Source: Mustelus asterias (Eukaryota). From it: a DNA stretch of 64,000 bases. Positions 53,401-59,400 of this stretch are shown one piece after another (the first letter of the stretch is position 1; each line of letters starts with the position of its first letter). The stretch lies in NCBI RefSeq assembly GCF_964213995.1, contig NC_135808.1, positions 17,174,001 to 17,238,000 on the forward strand, in the 5' to 3' direction. The notes below the pieces were generated by a model. That model was not told the DNA's origin. It saw only the letters and a program-made list of their open reading frames with translations, and did not search any database. The translations under genes were made by a program, and so were the position numbers.

Positions 53401-56400
53401 TATAGCGAGGTGACAAGAACTGCACACACTATTCCAAATGTGGTCTCACCAAGGTCCTGTACAGTTGCAGCATAACCCCACGGCTCTTAAACTCCAACCC
53501 CCTGTTAATAAAAGCTAACACACTATAGGCCTTCTTCACAGCTCTATCCACTTGAGTGGCAACCTTTAGAGATCTGTGGATGTGGACCCCAAGATCTCTC
53601 TGTTCCTCCACAGTCTTCAGAACCCTACCTTTGACCCTGTAATCCACATTTAAATTAGTCCTACCAAAATGAATCACCTCACATTTATCAGGGTTAAACT
53701 CCATTTGCCATTTTTCAGCCCAGCTTTGCATCCTATCTATGCCTCTTTGCAGCCTACAACAGCCCTCCACCTCATCCACTACTCCACCAATCTTGGTGTC
53801 ATCAGCAAATTTACTGATCCACCCTTCAGCCCCCTCCTCTAAGCATTAATAAAAATCACAAAGAGCAGAGGACCAAGCACTGATCCCTGCGGCACTCCGC
53901 TAGCAACCTGCCTCCAATCCGAAAATTTTCCATCCACCACCACCCTCTGTCTTCGATCAGACAGCCAGTTACCTATCCAATCGGCCAACTTTCCCTCTAT
54001 CCCACACCTCCTCACTTTCATCATAATAGCATATGGTGAGCAAAATTTGTCTGGTTTAAACTGCAAACCAAAACTGAGAAAATGTGGATACAGTAAGGTG
54101 GAATTAACACAAAATAACCGGAAAATAAACTGAAAGCAGTTGACGGAAAATGGAATATAAGTGTGGTAACGTGGCCCCATTAAGAGATGAGCCTTTGCGG
54201 GCCACGTATCTTCACGTGACCCCGCACGTTAAGAGACGTGCCGGACCCTATGGAACGGAACTTTAGGAAGCCGGGCAAATTGGGAGCAAGCATCTTGGTG
54301 ACTGGAAAGAGTTAAGCTGAAGCCAGGAAGGAGAACAGAGCAGACATGTGCGATGTTCCTGTAAAACCTTTAGAATGTAAGTAGCTATTATAGTTTAATA
54401 AAGTGTGGAGCTGGATCGAGTTGCCTCCAGTTGTTACAATAAGTGCAGAATAAATGGAAAACCTTTGTCACAATAGACTTTTGAAAATCTGCTAGAACAG
54501 GAAGCACGCAGACCCTGATATTCTGGAGTGACATGCAATTGCCTCAGCGAGTGTATCCAAGGCAAAGCGGTTCTTTCAACTGCCATGCAGTCCATTGATG
54601 TAAATGTCATCACCAGAGCGCCATTGCTACAAAGGTAGCATGTGTACCATCTATAACATATAGTACAGCAAGTCAACAAGGCAATATTTCCACAGTGCTT
54701 CCAAAGCCGCAATCTCCACCATCTAAAAGGGCAAAGGAACGTGGGAATATTGCCACCTCCAATTGCCCCTCCAATTTACACGCCATCCCGGCGGGGAAAT
54801 ATATGAGAACTCCTTTGTCGTCGCTGGGTCAAAGGATAAAGAAAGTCCCCCGATAACCACCATTACTTCCTCGAATGAAATTAGGAATGGCCAATACATG
54901 CTGGCCTTACCAGGAACGCTCAAGTCCCATTAAAATATATGTATTTTAAATTTCCTAAGAGGGTCAAGGAGGAATTTTGTCCAATTGCAAAACAATGTCT
55001 CTAAATTCTGCCACCCCTGTGATACTGAACCCCGGGGACATTAATACAAATATTTAAAAATGGCCATTCGTCTCATGGTTTCATGGATCTTCCATTGAAG
55101 TTAGGATGGACGATGGGAATGGGCCGACCTGTTTCAGGTTACTGGATAATAACAATGCAGATTTGCTTCAAAGTAGGACCTTTACAATTGGAGCTCAATC
55201 GTTCAGATGCAAACTACTGAGAAGCAATTTTACCACAGATGACATGAAAAATGTAATCACTCGGAATGAAAATATCTGAAAGCCATCCTCCGAGCGAAGC
55301 ACAGCAGCATTGTGAAAGGCAATTAGATTGCGTGATTGAGAATTCGATGCATTTGTCCAATTTGCTCTCAGGGTGGACAAGTGCTATTGCAGATCGGCGG
55401 TCCTCCTCAATCCTCCGATAATTTGGTGGGTTTTATTCACAAGGGGGCGTCGAAATTAGATTTTAAAACAATGGCAACTCTCAAGTAACAATGTATAACT
55501 GATTCTCTCACACAATAAATGGAATTATCGATTGTAGAGGCATTTGTGCTGTTTAAGGAAACGTCATCAGGTTTGCAGAAATTTATTTTGCAAATATAAT
55601 TTTGCCAGAACGTCAGAAAATAGAAGCCATTCGTAAGAATGTCGGTAAGACCACTCAACTTCACTTATGTGTGTGCAGAATTTCCAAATCTGGGACCCAA
55701 AGGAATCATGGAGTATTGTCAGTCTCCACACCGTCTCACCAACACCGTCCCTCCCTATCCCATTCTCCACCCACCAACCCCTTATCAATTCAGAGAAAGG
55801 CATATGAACAGCACTTTACTCTGCTCCTCCCAGATTGTTGCCAATCTTCTCTGGCATCAAAGGGAAAGAGAGGAAGACCCACAGGGAAATTCCACGCCCA
55901 AAGTTCCAATAGGTAATAAATCACTCAAGAGAGCTGCCTAAGGAAGGAAGATTTACACTGGTCTCAAAAGACAATCTATATCTCCGTGAAAAGTGTAAGA
56001 CTGCGAGTTCTCTGACCCAACATCAACATTCCAGTCATATTCCAGAGTTAGCAGTTCAATGATAGATTTTGGGAACTGAATCTCCAGGGCTGCGAGAGTG
56101 GGCATGATTTCAGCTTTACAAATGCAAACAGGAATAGCGTTTCCTCAGACCAGGACATAAAAAAGACCCATGTGCATGTGCTACTTTCATTTCTGTGCAG
56201 TTCCCACAGCATTTCAACCTACACCTCGCTTACCCCATTCTGCTTATCATTGGCTACACAGAACGGCATGATATAGCGCCGTGATGTTTCTGAATCCATT
56301 GCTCTAACTTACGTCTTTTCATTTTGCAGAGGATTTACTGAAAGGGCAGGATGCAGGTACAATAAATATGAGGTGGGGCATGAGCAGGGACCAAAAAGAA

Positions 56401-59400
56401 AAAAGGAAACGCATTCGGGCATATGATTCAACACGTCTGTTGCTCAGTTATGTTATAAGCATATGACGCTACAGTGCCTTTAAGAACATATATTTTATAA
56501 TCATGCTCTCTGCAGTTATAAGGAGGAACCGAGCTGTCTGATTTGATGTCTTTTTATTGCTGCTTAATTGGTTCCTGTGGGTTTTTTTATTTTCACTCTG
56601 GGGCTAATGCACTTTCTGGGAGTTTGCGAGTTTTTGAATTATTCTGGCAAGAATGATTGACAGGTCAGGTGGGACCACGTTTTCTTCCCCAAGAGTTTGT
56701 TTTACTTTCAGTTTTGGTTGCTGGTTAATTAGAAGGTGTTTGGATATCAGGCTGGATGCAGAGTTCTGTCTCTCTCTCTCCCTGGTATCTTGGGAAGCTG
56801 CCCTGACTTCAAGCTTGTCTGTGTGTCTGTCAGGAAAGCTGCAGAATCCAACAGCAATACATCAGCATAAGAGCCTTCTATGCTAAACCCGAGAATGGTG
56901 TTTGGTTATAGGATTTGTTTGGTTGGAAGGTCGCAGTTAGTTGTTAAGATTTATACAATATCATTTATTTTTCTTGTTTGTAATTGGTAAGCGTTTTTGC
57001 TGATTTTCTTTAGATATGTTAACCGTTCTTAATCAAATTTTGATTAAAGCTCCCTAGTGGGTCATTTGAATCATAACTGCAGTGAAGCATGATATGCTTA
57101 CCCTAGCCAAATTCAAAGTGCAGAACTTATGTCTGGGCAGACGTCATAAAATACCTTGGCATTTCTGACCTGGATTATAACAAGCAATTCGACTGAATAT
57201 CAGGATGTGTGAGCAATGACTGACTGGTGCCATAGCGGCTGTGTTGCTTTCCTGCTCATCACACAATGTCATCGACTGTATCTACTTTTGATTTCAATCT
57301 GGAGATGCGATCAATTTCTTGTTATGTATTTGGGAGGGGCGAGGGAGATTATGTTAGGACCCAGGCCTTCAAATCTCATCAAAGTGCAGCTCTAAGTTTG
57401 TTTCGATTTCCACCCAAAACTCCGAGGTAATCCGATGAACTGCAAAAACAGGCTTTTAACACTCGCTAAATGCTGAGGCACAGTTTAGCTGATAGAAATG
57501 TTGTATTTCCGGTGATAAGACTAGGGGTTGTGTAGTTACTTAAGTGGTAAATTTATTGACCTCTAACAACCACAAACAGCTCCCTTTGTGCTAGGCATGA
57601 CACCCACACAGTAGAGTGTTTTCCCCATGATTCCCATTGACTTCATTGTTTCTAGGGCTACCTGCTGCTACACTCAGTCAAATGTTGTCCTGATGTTAAG
57701 GGCAGTCACTTTAACCCCATCCTTTGGATTCAGATCGTTTGTCCATCTTTGGACCAAAAGCTGTGATGAGACGAGGAGCCGAGTGGCCCTGGTGGAAATC
57801 AAACATTCAGTATCAATGAGTAGATTATTATTCAGTGAGTCATACTGGGTATTACTGTCGACAACAGCTTCAATCACTTTGCTAATGGTTGAGAATAAGT
57901 TGATGGACCAGATTTCTCCTTTTTTTCTACACAGGACATTTGGGCAATTTTCCACAATTCTGGGCAGATACCAGTGTTTTAGTTGCCTTAGGACAGCTTG
58001 GCTGGGTGTGCGGCAAGTTCTGGAGCACTATTGCTATCAGTACGATTGCCAGAATATTGTCAGGACCCACTGGCAGTGCTGACCACTGTGCCACCGAATC
58101 GTCAACCTACATTCTGTCTGGATGTGGCATGGGTGCAAATCTTTGACCTCATTCGTTTGTTGTGGGATCACATAGCTCTGTCTATCGCATACTGTTTCCC
58201 GCTGTTGGAAGGCAAACAGTCCTCTGTTGTCACTTTACAAAGTTGACACATTTTGGGTATGTCTTTTACTGGTCCGGGCACTCATTCACTCTTCTTGAAT
58301 CAGAGTTACTCCCCCAACTTGATAATGATAGAGAGACGGATATGGTGGGCCATGAGATTGCATATGCAAAAACAAATTACTGCGGATGCTGGAATCTGAA
58401 ACCGAAAGAGAAAATGCTGGAAAATCTGAGCAGGTCTGACAGTATCTGCAAGGTGAGAAAAGAGCTGACGTTTCGAGTCCAGATGAACCTTTGTCAAAGC
58501 TTTGACAAAGGGTCATCTGAATTCAAAACATCAACTCTTTTCTCTCCTTACAGATGCTGCCAGACATCCTGAGATTACGTGTGATTGAGTACAGTTTTAC
58601 TGATGGTGATGGCCGGTAGCAATCCATGATTGCCCAGTCTTAAGTTGCTAGATCTGTTCGATGTCTGTTCACTTAACATGGTGGAGTGGGTACGGATGGA
58701 GGGTGCCAAACATGACCACGAACGGTATTCTCAATTTGATGACGGGAATTCGTCTCCACAAGGACGGTTAAGTGATCTATCCTTTCAACACCGTCATTAT
58801 CAGACGCATCTGCGACGGTAGATTGATGAGGATGATGTCAGGTCGGTTGGTCCCACTTGTTGGTTCCCTCACCACTTGACACAGTCCCGGAGATGTTCGT
58901 AGTTGTGTCAGGGCATCCTACGGAATGATTCACTGAGCATGACGATGTCAGGATGTTGCTGGAGTAGTCTCTGGAACATTTCGCCCAATTTTGGTATATG
59001 CCCCCACTCTAAATTATCGAAAACTTTGCAATGTCGACAATATGCCATTGTTGTTTCAGGTGCCAAGATTGATACCGGTGGTTCGCCGGGTTTCATTCCT
59101 TTCTGCCATTTCTCTAGTGGGTTGGCGCAACTGACTGGCTTGTTAGACCACTTCTGAGGGTATGTAACCATCAACCACACTGCTGTGAGATTGAAGTCAC
59201 ATCTCAGCAAAACGAGGTAATGATGCCTCATTTAATTCAAGGGTATTAGAATGACAATTGCCAGTAGTTGCCTAGTCACCATTATTAAGACTAGCTTTCA
59301 ATTCCAGATTTGTCAACTTATTTTAGATTTCACCAGCTAGCATGATGGGGTTTGATGCTATGTCCCAGCACATTAGGCTCCGGATCACTACTCAATTACC

